62,223 nt of DNA, filler included, from Deltaproteobacteria bacterium (GCA_016283195.1; 4 parts of 4 records of this genome joined end to end with filler, not necessarily neighbours in it); one strand, 5' to 3'; positions 9,936 through 20,037 are shown, numbered from the whole stretch's first letter. A program made the numbers and translations. Notes: generated by a model not told the origin, from the letters alone.

Positions 9936-11246
9936 TTAATTGGCATTTTTAGCTTGAGCTAAAATAGCCTCTATTTCGTTTATTTCTTTTGGCACAGCAG
10001 TTAAAACTTCGCAGCCGTTATCGGTAAGCAAGACATCGTCTTCTATGCGAATACCAATGCCATGATAGCGCTCCGGCGCCCCACTACCGGGAGCCACATA
10101 AAGCCCGGGTTCAATAGAAAAGGCCATACCTTTGTCCACAATGCGCGCTTTGCCGCCAATGTGATAATCACCAACATCATGGCAATCGAGACCAAGCCAG
10201 TGACTCACCCGGTGCATAAAATATTGTTTATAAAGGCCTTCTTCAATAACAGAGTTCACATCTTTAGTGGGGAAGAAGCCTAAGTTTACCATACCGGCGG
10301 AGAGCACTTTAACCGACTCAGCCATAATGGCATCAAGCGTGGTACCGGGCCTGGAAGCAGCAATAGCCACGCGGTGAGCTTCCAAAACTATCTCATAAAG
10401 TTCGGCCTGCTCTTTGGAAAAAGTGCCGCTTATCGGATAAGTACGCGATATATCGCCACACCAGCCTTGATATTGCGCACCGGCATCAATAAGCACCAAA
10501 TCGCCTCTATTAAGAGCGGCGCGGTTTTCCTCATAGTGAAGAGTGCAGCCGTTTACTCCGGCCGCCACAATGGTATTAAAAGAAACTCTCTCCGCCCCAA
10601 GGCGCCTTAGAGCCAGGTAAAATTCGCCTTCAAGATCGGCCTCATTATTGCAGAATGGCAATTTTTTCAGCACGGCAATATGGGCCTCGGAACTAATTTG
10701 ACAAGCTTTGCGGAAGAGGTCTATTTCTTCGGCTTCGTTTTTAAAGAGGCGCAGTTCCCCCAAAATCAAATCAGGATCGATAATGGTACGCGGCGGATAA
10801 AAACCCAGGCGCATTTTCCCGCGCAGAGCGGCAATGGCAGACAAAACGGTGCCATCATATTCGGAAGCACCGAAGCGATAAAACAATTTTGGTTTATTAT
10901 TAAGTAATTCAGGTAGCTTAGCAGCAAATTCACCAATAGGATAAGCCTCATCGGCACCATAATTCTCAAGTGCGCCTTTGACACCGCTACGTTTGCCGAA
11001 CCAAGTCTCGGCAAAGCTATCGTTATCACGCACAAAAAGGACAAACGGGCGCTCATGGCCGGGGCGCAAAACCGCTATGGCTTCCGGCTCTCGATAGCCG
11101 GTGAGATAATAAAAATTGCTGTCGGGAACATAGGAATATTCAAGACCATTACCATAAGGGCGCACCGGCGCGGCGGGGATTATAGCTACCCCCTCTTGCA
11201 TGTGCTCCATCATTATGCGGCGTCTTTTGGCAAAAATTTCTGACAT
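9936..11246 (-). CDS. pepP: Xaa-Pro aminopeptidase (M24B)
   Basis: AMP_N region (SNFYYLTG); metal ligands LIDAG, GDISRT, HWLGLDCHD, IEPGLY, GIRIEDD. Start moved to 11246 behind GGGAGG. Confidence 0.92.
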   Translation of the reverse strand: MSEIFAKRRRIMMEHMQEGVAIIPAAPVRPYGNGLEYSYVPDSNFYYLTGYREPEAIAVLRPGHERPFVLFVRDNDSFAETWFGKRSGVKGALENYGADEAYPIGEFAAKLPELLNNKPKLFYRFGASEYDGTVLSAIAALRGKMRLGFYPPRTIIDPDLILGELRLFKNEAEEIDLFRKACQISSEAHIAVLKKLPFCNNEADLEGEFYLALRRLGAERVSFNTIVAAGVNGCTLHYEENRAALNRGDLVLIDAGAQYQGWCGDISRTYPISGTFSKEQAELYEIVLEAHRVAIAASRPGTTLDAIMAESVKVLSAGMVNLGFFPTKDVNSVIEEGLYKQYFMHRVSHWLGLDCHDVGDYHIGGKARIVDKGMAFSIEPGLYVAPGSGAPERYHGIGIRIEDDVLLTDNGCEVLTAVPKEINEIEAILAQAKNAN

Positions 11247-11334
11247 ATTCCCTCCCTTAACAGCCATTGCGCTAAGTCCGGTAAGGCGTCTTATATATTT
11301 TTTCCGCACTAGCGTCTATAGATTAAATAGCTCA

Positions 11335-12165
11335 TTATTTGCCGCACCTGGACTTACAGGTAACCAATAAATTCTGGCATGTGGCTTTACAACTGCCGGA
11401 AATATCCTCGGCACAGCTTTCATTACATTCATTAAATTGCTCTTCTGCCCTCTTTTCACAAATACTCGGGCTATCTTCGCTAAGATATTGCTTACAGCCG
11501 TAAAAGCTTGAACCTTTTATATAAGGCTGTTTTTTTTCGGAAAGTTTACTCTTTTCCACAAAACCGATTTTGCCGTCTAAATCGCTGATTTTATAAAAAG
11601 GCCCCTGAACATCCAGTTTAAAAACTGTTTCTCCGCGCGAGAGAATGTGTATCGGCAAACCATAAGCCGGATCGCTATAAACATTGGCCACCGGCCAAGC
11701 CACATAAAGGCTTTCGTTCTTACTCAGATGACGGCCGATAACGAGCCCAAGCCCTAATAAAACGATGGCTAATCCCACTGCCATCAGCATTATCATTTTT
11801 TTCTGACGGGCATTAAAGGGCTGGCGGGCAGAAGCAGCTGGGTTATTCATAACCTGGCCGTTCACCATGCCGTAAGCCGGTTCAATATCTTCTTCCGGCA
11901 AAGGGTTTTTCTCAACTTTAACACCCTTATCGCCGTTAAGATCCATCTCTGCCGAGGCCCCGATGCCATCATCAACCAGGCCTTTGGGGAGAGATACCGG
12001 CCGCCATTCCGGGCTCGCGGAGTCACCTTCGTCCTTTGGAGATTCATCAGGCAACACATAACTGCGCGTTACTTCATTATATTCTACAACCGGCGCCCCA
12101 CACGCTGGACACACTTTAGGATTTCCGGTAATCAGCTGAGGGCAACGGGAGCACCTAAGCTCCAT
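11335..12165 (-). CDS. Zinc-ribbon / single-TM / SH3-like / Cys-rich bitopic protein
   Basis: CSRC...CPAC N-terminus; TM MIMLMAVGLAIVLLGLGLVIG; SH3-like ANVYSDP...LSRGE...GKIGFV; C-terminal CxxxC repeats. Confidence 0.65.
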   Translation of the reverse strand: MELRCSRCPQLITGNPKVCPACGAPVVEYNEVTRSYVLPDESPKDEGDSASPEWRPVSLPKGLVDDGIGASAEMDLNGDKGVKVEKNPLPEEDIEPAYGMVNGQVMNNPAASARQPFNARQKKMIMLMAVGLAIVLLGLGLVIGRHLSKNESLYVAWPVANVYSDPAYGLPIHILSRGETVFKLDVQGPFYKISDLDGKIGFVEKSKLSEKKQPYIKGSSFYGCKQYLSEDSPSICEKRAEEQFNECNESCAEDISGSCKATCQNLLVTCKSRCGK

Positions 12166-12247
12166 TTCCCACCTCCTGGAAGTTGCATAAGCACCTAAAA
12201 ATTGCTATATACCATTCGTTGTCGTTTGTGAAGGGTCTGCCACAAAT

Positions 12248-13000
12248 ATGCACACACCGATTATTGCCAATACCTGTGACCAAGGAAAAAGTGAGCGTTT
12301 AGGCGTAGTTGACAGTACTCTTTTTTTAAAGAGGCCGCTTTATAACCACCTTTTGACCTTACAAACTTTGCCGCTTATCACCTATCCGGTAACCGCTGAA
12401 GCCCGGGAGACGCTCCTAAATACAGCCGATGCCCTAATTTTAAGCGGCAGTATTTATGATATTCCGCCCCAAATGTATGGTGAAGAAACTCTGCCGGAAT
12501 GCGGAGCCGTACTGGAAGAGCGCAGCAACATGGAAGCAGCTCTTTTGCAAGACGCACTGGAGCGAAATATGCCGATTTTGGGTATATGCGGCGGCTTTCA
12601 GCTCATCAATGTAGCCCTTGGCGGCACGCTCTATCAAGATTACACCCTGCGGCAAAAAGTGCTGGAAACTTTGAACCACACTCAGCCTTTTAATCACCAT
12701 CAGCCCTACCATGAAGTGACGGTAAAAAACGGCTCACTCCTACACCTGATAACCGGCTGCGACAAACTAAAAGTCAACAGCACACACCATCAACTGATTA
12801 AGGATATTGCTCCGGCGCTCATCCCGCTGGCCGTGGCCCAAGACGGCGTTATTGAAGCTTTGGGATTAAAAGAGAGAGCTAATTTGTTATGCCTCGAGTG
12901 GCACCCGGAATATCTGGCCGCAGATGATCCGGCGGAGCTGGCTATTTTGCGCTGGTTAAGAGATAAAGCGGCCGCTTATGCGGCTACCAGAGGTAAATAA
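12248..13000 (+). CDS. Peptidase C26 / gamma-glutamyl-GABA hydrolase family (class I glutamine amidotransferase)
   Basis: PILGICGGFQLINVALGGTL, VNSTHHQ and WHPE catalytic motifs. Confidence 0.9.
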   Translation: MHTPIIANTCDQGKSERLGVVDSTLFLKRPLYNHLLTLQTLPLITYPVTAEARETLLNTADALILSGSIYDIPPQMYGEETLPECGAVLEERSNMEAALLQDALERNMPILGICGGFQLINVALGGTLYQDYTLRQKVLETLNHTQPFNHHQPYHEVTVKNGSLLHLITGCDKLKVNSTHHQLIKDIAPALIPLAVAQDGVIEALGLKERANLLCLEWHPEYLAADDPAELAILRWLRDKAAAYAATRGK

Positions 13001-13004
13001 GCAG

Positions 13005-13901
13005 ATGAATTCTATCAAAAAAGGCATTTTAAGCATCATCGTTTTTGCTCTTATTTGCGGGCTCAACTTTGGTCTGCACCGTCATTTACGCAGCGATTAC
13101 AGCGAGATTCGCCAATTTGACGTTTTGGAAACTCTGCCAACCACTCAAGTAGCCAAATTGCTCTGGCTGGAACTGGATTCGGTGGCGGCCGATTATTACT
13201 ATTTAAAAGCCATCCAGCACTTTGGCACCAGAAAATACATGAAGATGAAGCACCCGCACCCGCTTCTCGCTGCTATTTTGGAGCTTTCCACCGATATGGA
13301 TCCCTATTTTGACCGCCCCTACACTTTTGGCGGCCTCTCGCTCACCCTCATGGGCATGGATTATACTCTGGCCAGCAAATTACTCTTTAAGGGGCGAAAA
13401 TATCTGCCTGATAATTACAAAATCGCCTATTTACTGGGCTTTAATCTCTTCTATTTCGAGCACCGCTACACTGAGGCGGCTAACGCCTTTGCCGCTGCCG
13501 CCCGCTCCCCGGAGGCCCCCGATTTTTTGGCTCCACTCGCCGCCCGCCTGGCGGCCCAAGGCGGCTCACCGGAAATGGGCCTCGCCTTTATTGAGGAAAT
13601 TCTGCCTACTATTGACGATGAGCGCCTTAAAGAGAGCTATATGGATCGGCGCAATGCGCTGCTTGTGGAAATAGCTTTAAATCAGCTGGAAAAAGCGGTT
13701 AAGCAATATCAAATAACTCAGGGCCGCTTGCCGGAAAGCCTTAATGATTTGGTAGAAGGCGGAATTATACCGGCTATTCCCGAAGAGCCCTTTGGCGGCA
13801 ATTATATTTTGCGCGAAGACGGCTCGGTCATCAGCAGTACTCATAAAGACAGGTTACGCATTAGCAGCAAAGCCGTTAATGATGGAGACAGCGATGAGTG
13901 A
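13005..13901 (+). CDS. PilG/XapA-like membrane-anchored TPR-like protein with a GspG-like C-terminal motif
   Basis: N-terminal TM; DPYF; YLLGFNLFYF; C-terminal GRLPESLNDLV...IPEEPFGG; directly upstream of an ABC ATPase and permease, as in myxobacterial pilGHI. Confidence 0.65.
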   Translation: MNSIKKGILSIIVFALICGLNFGLHRHLRSDYSEIRQFDVLETLPTTQVAKLLWLELDSVAADYYYLKAIQHFGTRKYMKMKHPHPLLAAILELSTDMDPYFDRPYTFGGLSLTLMGMDYTLASKLLFKGRKYLPDNYKIAYLLGFNLFYFEHRYTEAANAFAAAARSPEAPDFLAPLAARLAAQGGSPEMGLAFIEEILPTIDDERLKESYMDRRNALLVEIALNQLEKAVKQYQITQGRLPESLNDLVEGGIIPAIPEEPFGGNYILREDGSVISSTHKDRLRISSKAVNDGDSDE

Positions 13902-14841
13902 AGAAAAGAATATTTTAGAGGTAGAGCACCTCAAAAAAAGCTTTAAAGTGGGCGTAAAGCTGCGCCCATTCCAGGCCCTCTCCGATGTGAGTTTCAGCGT
14001 AAAAGAGGGCGAAATTTATGGCTTTTTAGGGCCAAACGGCGCCGGCAAAACTACAACTATCAAAACGATTTGTAACTTAGTGCGCCCCGAAGGCGGCACG
14101 GTAAAGGTGCTGGGCGGCTCCTTTAAAGACCCGGCTATCCGCCAACAGGTGGGACTCATGCCGGAGCATGCTTATTATCACGAATATTTGACAGCGCGGG
14201 AATTTTTGCAATTTCACGGCAAACTTTGCGGCCTGGATCAGGCTCTTTTGAAGAAAAAAATTCCCGAGCTTTTGGAGCGCGTGGGCCTTTCTCACGCCAT
14301 GGATAGAGCTCTTAGAAAATTTTCCAAAGGTATGTTGCAGCGGGTGGGATTGGCTCAGGCCATCATCGCCGACCCGAAGCTCCTTATTTTGGATGAGCCT
14401 TTAAGCGGCCTCGACCCCATTGGCCGCGCCGATGTGCGCAATATCATGCTGGATTTGCAAAAAGAGGGCAAAACAATCTTCTTTTCCACTCATATTCTCT
14501 CCGATGTGGAGATGATTTGCGAGCGGCTGGTTATTTTGAATAAAGGCAAGACCATAGCCGAAGGCAAAGTGGCCGACTTAATCGCTCCCGATAGCGACCA
14601 TTACGAAGTGCAGGCCGGCAATGTCTCCCCCGAGCTCAAAGAATCACTGCTCAAAAATTCCACTCTTTTGGTGGAAAAGGAGAGCGGCCTGGTCTTTGAA
14701 ATCAAAAAGGAAGATGTGGCCTCTTTTGTAAATGCTCTAGTAGCCGGCGGCGCCCTCATCATCAAGGTGGAAGCCCGCCGCCCGTCGCTGGAAGATGTCT
14801 TTTTGGATATTCTTAAAAACACAAGTGAGGCTGAAAAATGA
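13894..14841 (+). CDS. ABC transporter ATP-binding protein (PilH-like)
   Basis: GPNGAGKTT, FSKGMLQR signature, LILDEP, STH. Confidence 0.9.
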   Translation: MSEEKNILEVEHLKKSFKVGVKLRPFQALSDVSFSVKEGEIYGFLGPNGAGKTTTIKTICNLVRPEGGTVKVLGGSFKDPAIRQQVGLMPEHAYYHEYLTAREFLQFHGKLCGLDQALLKKKIPELLERVGLSHAMDRALRKFSKGMLQRVGLAQAIIADPKLLILDEPLSGLDPIGRADVRNIMLDLQKEGKTIFFSTHILSDVEMICERLVILNKGKTIAEGKVADLIAPDSDHYEVQAGNVSPELKESLLKNSTLLVEKESGLVFEIKKEDVASFVNALVAGGALIIKVEARRPSLEDVFLDILKNTSEAEK

Positions 14842-15605
14842 GAAGTATTTTAACCATTGCCCAAAACTCCTTTAAGGAGTCCATCAGAAACCGCCTCTTT
14901 TTGAATCTATTGGTTTTTGCCATTGCCATGATCATCCTCTCGCTCATCATCGGCACCCTCTCACTGGGCGCGGAGAAGCGCATCACTATGGATATCGGCT
15001 TGGGCGCTATCACCATTTTTGGCACTCTTATTGCCATTTTTATCGGCGTCAGCAGCTTTTCCCATGAGATTGAGCGGCGCACTATTTACACCATTTTGGC
15101 CCGCCCCGTTAATCGCACTCAGTTCATTTTGGGCAAATACTTGGGCATTATGATGGTGCTGGCCGTCAATACCATTGCCATGGCCATTTTGGTCTCTTTG
15201 GTGCTCCTCATGCTGGGCCAACCCCCAACCCTGCTCTTTTGGCTGGCCGATATTATGCAGCTACTAGCTCTTGGTGTCATTGCCGCGCTGGCTATCGCTT
15301 TTGCTACTATATCGGGCACGGTGGTGGCCGTCATTGCTACGCTCACCATCTGGGTTAGCGGCACACTCACCGATGACCTCATCTACCTGGCCAGAAGAGC
15401 CGATAATCCCATAGTCACCGGCATAACCGAGATACTTTATTACATTTTACCCGATTTGAGCAGCTTTTCCCTGCACACCCAGGTAGCCAATAATCTGGAA
15501 ATTCCGGGCGGCTTTATTTCTACTGCGCTCATCTACGGAATAAGCTATATTGCCATTGTTTTGGGTCTCGCTGCCCTCAACTTTAACCACCGCGAATTGG
15601 TGTAA
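14838..15605 (+). CDS. ABC transporter permease (PilI-like)
   Basis: About 6 TMs; EIERRTIYTILARPV...LGKY motif; ATGA overlap with the ATPase gene. Confidence 0.85.
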   Translation: MRSILTIAQNSFKESIRNRLFLNLLVFAIAMIILSLIIGTLSLGAEKRITMDIGLGAITIFGTLIAIFIGVSSFSHEIERRTIYTILARPVNRTQFILGKYLGIMMVLAVNTIAMAILVSLVLLMLGQPPTLLFWLADIMQLLALGVIAALAIAFATISGTVVAVIATLTIWVSGTLTDDLIYLARRADNPIVTGITEILYYILPDLSSFSLHTQVANNLEIPGGFISTALIYGISYIAIVLGLAALNFNHRELV

Positions 15606-15618
15606 AGGAGCTTAAATT

Positions 15619-16155
15619 ATGGCCGATGATGATCGTCCCAGACGAAGTTGGCGCGAAATAGACAATATGCGTGAGCGCAGCTATTACCGCAGCGATAATA
15701 GTAGCCCCGGCGGCAAAAGGCGGGCGAGGAAAGAAGAAATAGAGTCACGCCATTATAAGAGCGAACTGGACAAAATCTTCTCCGGCGGCTCACTCGCGCC
15801 TGGCATAGCCGAAAAACTGGCCGAAGCACCGGTTTCCGAAGAGAGCAAAGAGCGCCATGAGCTCATCAAAAAAATTCGCAGCGAGGAAAAGCCGGCTAAG
15901 CTCATGGAATATCTCACAAAACTCTACAAGATGAGTAACTCCCTGCCCAGAGTAGAAGATGTGCTCATTCCGGCCACCGAGCACAGTAATCCGGCCATTG
16001 CCCTCGCCGCGCTGGAACAGCTGAATGATCTCCTGGAAAACGACTTATTAAAACGAGCCGCCTTTTTAAAGCAAAAGCTAAAAAGCGTCATCAGCCTGGA
16101 TGAAGACGAAGAAGTGACGGAAGAGGCGCAGAATCTTTTGGCTAAATTACCTTAA
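15619..16155 (+). CDS. Hypothetical helical protein
   Basis: AAGGAG RBS; RPRRSWREID N-terminus; HEAT-like helical C-terminus. Confidence 0.7.
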   Translation: MADDDRPRRSWREIDNMRERSYYRSDNSSPGGKRRARKEEIESRHYKSELDKIFSGGSLAPGIAEKLAEAPVSEESKERHELIKKIRSEEKPAKLMEYLTKLYKMSNSLPRVEDVLIPATEHSNPAIALAALEQLNDLLENDLLKRAAFLKQKLKSVISLDEDEEVTEEAQNLLAKLP

Positions 16156-16977
16156 CCACTTTTTTAATTCTTCCCTAAAAAGATCGGCCGGATCAAAATA
16201 ATTGCCATGGAGTTTAGTGCTCCAATGCAGGTGGGGACCGGTGACGCGCCCTGATTTGCCCACAGCGCCGATGAGCTGCCCTTTTTTCACCATATCGCCG
16301 GTTTTTACATCAAGGCGCGACATATGAAAATAGAGCGATTGCAGCCCCTGGCCGTGGTCGATAATCACCAAACTGCCGGGATAAAAATGGTCCGGCGAAG
16401 CGAGAGCCACACGCCCGTCACCCATAGCGTAAATAGGATCCCCAACCTTGCCATCAAGATCTAAGCCGAAATGCACCGATTTTTGCACCCCATTAAAGAG
16501 GCGGCGCACACCAAAGGGGCTGGTAATAGCATCATCGCGCGGCCAGAAAAACTCGCCTTGCCAATGGCGTTCAGCGTCTAAATCAGCTAATGCCGCCTGG
16601 ACTTTAGCTCCCTCTTTTTTTATGCGGGCTTTAAGAGCCGGTGGTTTTTTATCCACAAATTTTTTATCGACCTTGAGAGTACTTGTTTCATATTCTGCTG
16701 CAATTACCGGTAGTTCCACACTTTCGCTATTACCATCGGCAGCACAGGCAAGCGTAGCTGTTGATTTACTATAAGCATGCGGCAATGAGGCAAAGGCGCA
16801 TTTTTGGCCATTGAGTACAAAAAATTCCAGTTTAGTATCAACAAATTGGCAACTGCTGACATCTTTTTTAAAATGCAATAAACTAAGGTGCCCGTTAGAA
16901 AGCGGCGGGATAACTTCTACTGTTTCTTGAGTGGAAAGCGCCATCAAAGAGGCCATTATTACAAAGTATTTTAACAT
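16147..16977 (-). CDS. M23 family metallopeptidase
   Basis: HFGLD, YFHMS and GRVTGPHLH zinc motifs. Start moved to ATG 16977 to remove overlap with the divergent gene. Confidence 0.9.
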   Translation of the reverse strand: MLKYFVIMASLMALSTQETVEVIPPLSNGHLSLLHFKKDVSSCQFVDTKLEFFVLNGQKCAFASLPHAYSKSTATLACAADGNSESVELPVIAAEYETSTLKVDKKFVDKKPPALKARIKKEGAKVQAALADLDAERHWQGEFFWPRDDAITSPFGVRRLFNGVQKSVHFGLDLDGKVGDPIYAMGDGRVALASPDHFYPGSLVIIDHGQGLQSLYFHMSRLDVKTGDMVKKGQLIGAVGKSGRVTGPHLHWSTKLHGNYFDPADLFREELKKWLR

Positions 16978-17077
16978 AGTTTGACTCCAAAGCGCCAAGC
17001 AGTCTATAAGCAGGCTGCGACTTTCACTATAAGGGTCGCGGCCGGGCTTGTCACAAAATGTGCCAAACGAGGAAAAT

Positions 17078-18058
17078 ATGCTCACGAAAAAACTGTTGTC
17101 TAAAATAGAAGCACTCAAAATTGCCATCATCGGTGATATGATTCTCGATGAATATATCTACGGCCAAACGAGCCGCGTTTCCCGCGAAGCGCCGGTGTTG
17201 GTAGTGCGCCATGAACGCGCTGAATACCGCCCCGGCGGTGCGGCCAATGCTGTGGCCAATGTAGCTGCCTGGCATACTACCGTTTATCCGCTGGGCTATA
17301 TCGGCAATGACGAAGGTGGGCGCCATCTCAAAGAACTTTTTACCGCTATGGGCTGCAGGCCGGATGGCTTGGTAGAGTGCCAAAACCGCCCCACTGCCGT
17401 TAAAAGCCGTATTTTGGCCGGGGCTTTCGGCACCATGCGCCAGCAGGTTTTGCGTCTCGACCGAGAACCGGATAACGCACCAAGCGCCGCACAACAGGCA
17501 AAATTACTGAAAAAACTCGATGAAATCAGCCGCGTTTGCGACCTTTTAATCGTTTCTGATTACGGCAGTCAAACAGTTTCCAAAGCCGTTATTGACAAGA
17601 TACGTGCTCTGGCCGCAGCCGGTTTGCCGGTTTATGTCGATTCCCGCTATAACTTGGGCGCCTTCAGCGGCGTTAAAGCCGTTACCCCCAATACCCCGGA
17701 AGCCGAAGCCTTTTGCGGTAAACCGGCCGAAACAGCCGCCGCTGTCAGCATAGCCGGTGAGTATATTTTGGATTCTTTGCAACTTAAAATGGCTCTGGTC
17801 ACTCGCGGCAGCCAAGGCATGGCACTTTTTGAGCCTGGCAAAAAACCGTTTTTAATTCCGGCAGATGGCAGCACGGAGGTTACCGATGTCACCGGAGCAG
17901 GAGATACAGTTATTGCCCTTTTTGCCATGGGGATAGAAGCCGGCATGAGCCCCAAAGAGGCCATGAAACTGGCCAATAAAGGGGCCGGTATTGTGGTAAC
18001 CCGCATGGGCGCCGCCACCGTAGATCCACAACAACTTCTGGAAGACAAAAATGCGTAA
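17078..18058 (+). CDS. hldA: D-glycero-beta-D-manno-heptose-7-phosphate kinase (HldE domain I)
   Basis: GDMILDEY, RVSREAPV, GGAANAV, SDYG and DVTGAGDTV (PfkB family). Confidence 0.9.
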   Translation: MLTKKLLSKIEALKIAIIGDMILDEYIYGQTSRVSREAPVLVVRHERAEYRPGGAANAVANVAAWHTTVYPLGYIGNDEGGRHLKELFTAMGCRPDGLVECQNRPTAVKSRILAGAFGTMRQQVLRLDREPDNAPSAAQQAKLLKKLDEISRVCDLLIVSDYGSQTVSKAVIDKIRALAAAGLPVYVDSRYNLGAFSGVKAVTPNTPEAEAFCGKPAETAAAVSIAGEYILDSLQLKMALVTRGSQGMALFEPGKKPFLIPADGSTEVTDVTGAGDTVIALFAMGIEAGMSPKEAMKLANKGAGIVVTRMGAATVDPQQLLEDKNA

Positions 18059-18542
18059 CTCACCAAATACTAAGGATAAAATTGTTACTCTTTCCAAGCT
18101 CTCGGAGCTTTTGCCGCCGCTTAGAGCGGCCGGTGCCAATATTGCATTAGCTAACGGTGCTTTTGATATGATTCACGTTGGTCATGTGCGTTATTTGCAG
18201 GCGGCAGCCAAATTGGCAGATATTTTGGTGGTGGCTGTAAATAGTGATTCATCCGTCAAAATGAGCAAGGGCAACTCACGCCCTATCATCCCAGAGGAGG
18301 AGCGTGCCGAAATGGTGGCAGCTCTGACCGGCGTTGATTATGTGGTTATTTTTAACGAAAAAAGCGTCTCTGAGGTCATTCGCGCTATCCGCCCGGATTT
18401 TCATGTAAAAGGCACAGATTACACCCCGGAAAATGTCCCGGAAAGCGCTCTGGTAAAGGAGTTTGGCGGCAGGGTAGTTATTGCCGGCGATCCTAAAAAC
18501 CATTCTTCCACACAGATCATTAAAAAGCTAAAAGACAACTAA
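18051..18542 (+). CDS. hldC: D-glycero-beta-D-manno-heptose-1-phosphate adenylyltransferase (HldE domain II)
   Basis: NGAFDMIHVGH, NSDSSV, RPII, KGTDY, SSTQII. Confidence 0.9.
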   Translation: MRNSPNTKDKIVTLSKLSELLPPLRAAGANIALANGAFDMIHVGHVRYLQAAAKLADILVVAVNSDSSVKMSKGNSRPIIPEEERAEMVAALTGVDYVVIFNEKSVSEVIRAIRPDFHVKGTDYTPENVPESALVKEFGGRVVIAGDPKNHSSTQIIKKLKDN

Positions 18543-18702
18543 GCAAAATCCATTAGAGCACTTATCATTGGCACATTTCTTTTAACAACAATCTCTGTTA
18601 ACAGCATTACTACTTGCAATTATAAATTTTGTTACAAATAATGTTAATCGGTGCTCATTCCTATGGTTCAATTCTGAGCCATACATTTTGGGAGAGTAAA
18701 CA

Positions 18703-18927
18703 ATGCAACACAAAATATGCAGGTATTTTTGGGTAGGCTACGGGCTGGCATTTTTATTAACCATTACGGCCTGTAAAAACGATCCAACCGCCGGTAAGAC
18801 ACCGGAAAAAGAGGGAGATGCCTGCTCGCAGGACAACAATTGCCCTACTCCGCTCATCTGCATAGAAAGTATTTGCCGCAAAGTTTGCGTTGCCGATAAA
18901 GACTGCGACAAAACCCAAGCTTGCAAA
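18703..18927 (+). CDS. Cys-rich lipoprotein, 3' truncated at contig end
   Basis: Lipobox ITAC followed by EGDACSQDNNC...C repeats; frame open up to the N run. Confidence 0.65.
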
Positions 18928-19027
18928 NNNNNNNNNNNNNNNNNNNNNNNNNNNNNNNNNNNNNNNNNNNNTTAATTAATTAANNNNNNNNNNNNNNNNN
19001 NNNNNNNNNNNNNNNNNNNNNNNNNNN
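18928..19027. other. Artificial contig linker (44 N + TTAATTAATTAA + 44 N)
   Basis: Palindromic 12-mer with stops in all six frames; identical at three places. Confidence 0.97.
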
Positions 19028-19117
19028 ATTTTTCAAAATTTTACAGGGTACCCTGTATATTAGGTATTGAAAATACCTAAACCATTTTTCCGTGCCCATT
19101 GGCACAAGGAGCGCAGT

Positions 19118-20020
19118 ATGAAAAAGTGTAATCTCTTAGTTTCAGCAATGTTAACTCTCGCCCTAGCTGCCTGCGGCGGCGCCGGTGAGCAAGGGCCGGA
19201 AGGGAAGCAAGGCCCAGAAGGTAAGCAGGGGCCGGAGGGGCCAGAAGGACCGGCCGGTAAAGGCTGCTCGCTAAAAACCAATACCGATGGCAGCGCTACT
19301 ATCACCTGCCCCGATGGCTCCTCTTTCACCATTGAGAGCGGTAGCGATATACCGGATGGCGAAGGCTTCAATTATTGCATGCCGGATCACTTTGGCCCTA
19401 ATTGTGAGCCCTGCCCCGCCTGCGAGCACGGCACTTGCAACGACACCAGCAACGGCAATGGCCAGTGTACCTGCGATAAAGGTTACACCGGGCCAACCTG
19501 CAGCGATTTAGCCGAAAATTACATGATTGATAACCGCGACAAACATGTTTATAAAACCACGGTTATCGACGGCACTACCTGGATGGCCGAAAACATGGCT
19601 TATCAGGATGTGGAAGTTACCTGCTTTGCCAACAAAGAGGCCGATCCGGATTTTATTGAAAACTATGGCTGTCTATACACCTTTGAAGATGCTATGAAAG
19701 TCTGCCCTAAGGGCTGGAAATTGCCAACAAAAAATGATTTTGACAGTCTATTAGATGCAGTTGGCACTTCGGGTTTGGAATGTTCGCAAAATCTGCGGGC
19801 GTCGAGTTGGAATAGCGGCGCTGATACTTTCGCCTTTGAGGCCCTACCCGCCGGTTACTACTCCGAGGGCACTTACCGCAGTTTCGGCATGGTCGCCGAC
19901 TTTTGGTCGTCATCGGAGAGTGGCAATAACGCCTACTACCTTAGCTTGAGTAATGACAATGCTCCAGTGAATAGCTACTATAAAACTACTGCCTTCTCCG
20001 TACGCTGCCTAAAGGACTAA
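19118..20020 (+). CDS. Lipoprotein with collagen-like repeats, an EGF-like module and a Fibrobacter succinogenes major paralogous (FISUMP) domain
   Basis: Lipobox LAAC; (G-x-y)n GEQGPEGKQGPEG; CEHGTC...CTCDKGYTGPTC; FISUMP motifs TWMAENM, YGCLY, VCPKGWKLPT, FWSSS, FSVRCLKD. Confidence 0.88.
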   Translation: MKKCNLLVSAMLTLALAACGGAGEQGPEGKQGPEGKQGPEGPEGPAGKGCSLKTNTDGSATITCPDGSSFTIESGSDIPDGEGFNYCMPDHFGPNCEPCPACEHGTCNDTSNGNGQCTCDKGYTGPTCSDLAENYMIDNRDKHVYKTTVIDGTTWMAENMAYQDVEVTCFANKEADPDFIENYGCLYTFEDAMKVCPKGWKLPTKNDFDSLLDAVGTSGLECSQNLRASSWNSGADTFAFEALPAGYYSEGTYRSFGMVADFWSSSESGNNAYYLSLSNDNAPVNSYYKTTAFSVRCLKD

Positions 20021-20037
20021 AAAGCCTAAATAAATAC

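Noticed and set aside
18663-18682. GGTTCAATTC as a tRNA T-arm
   Set aside because: It forms only a single hairpin (ATGGTTCA/TGAGCCAT); no cloverleaf.
18972-18983. TTAATTAATTAA as a biological repeat (also at 47365 and 58309)
   Set aside because: Always centred in 44+44 N; an assembly linker.
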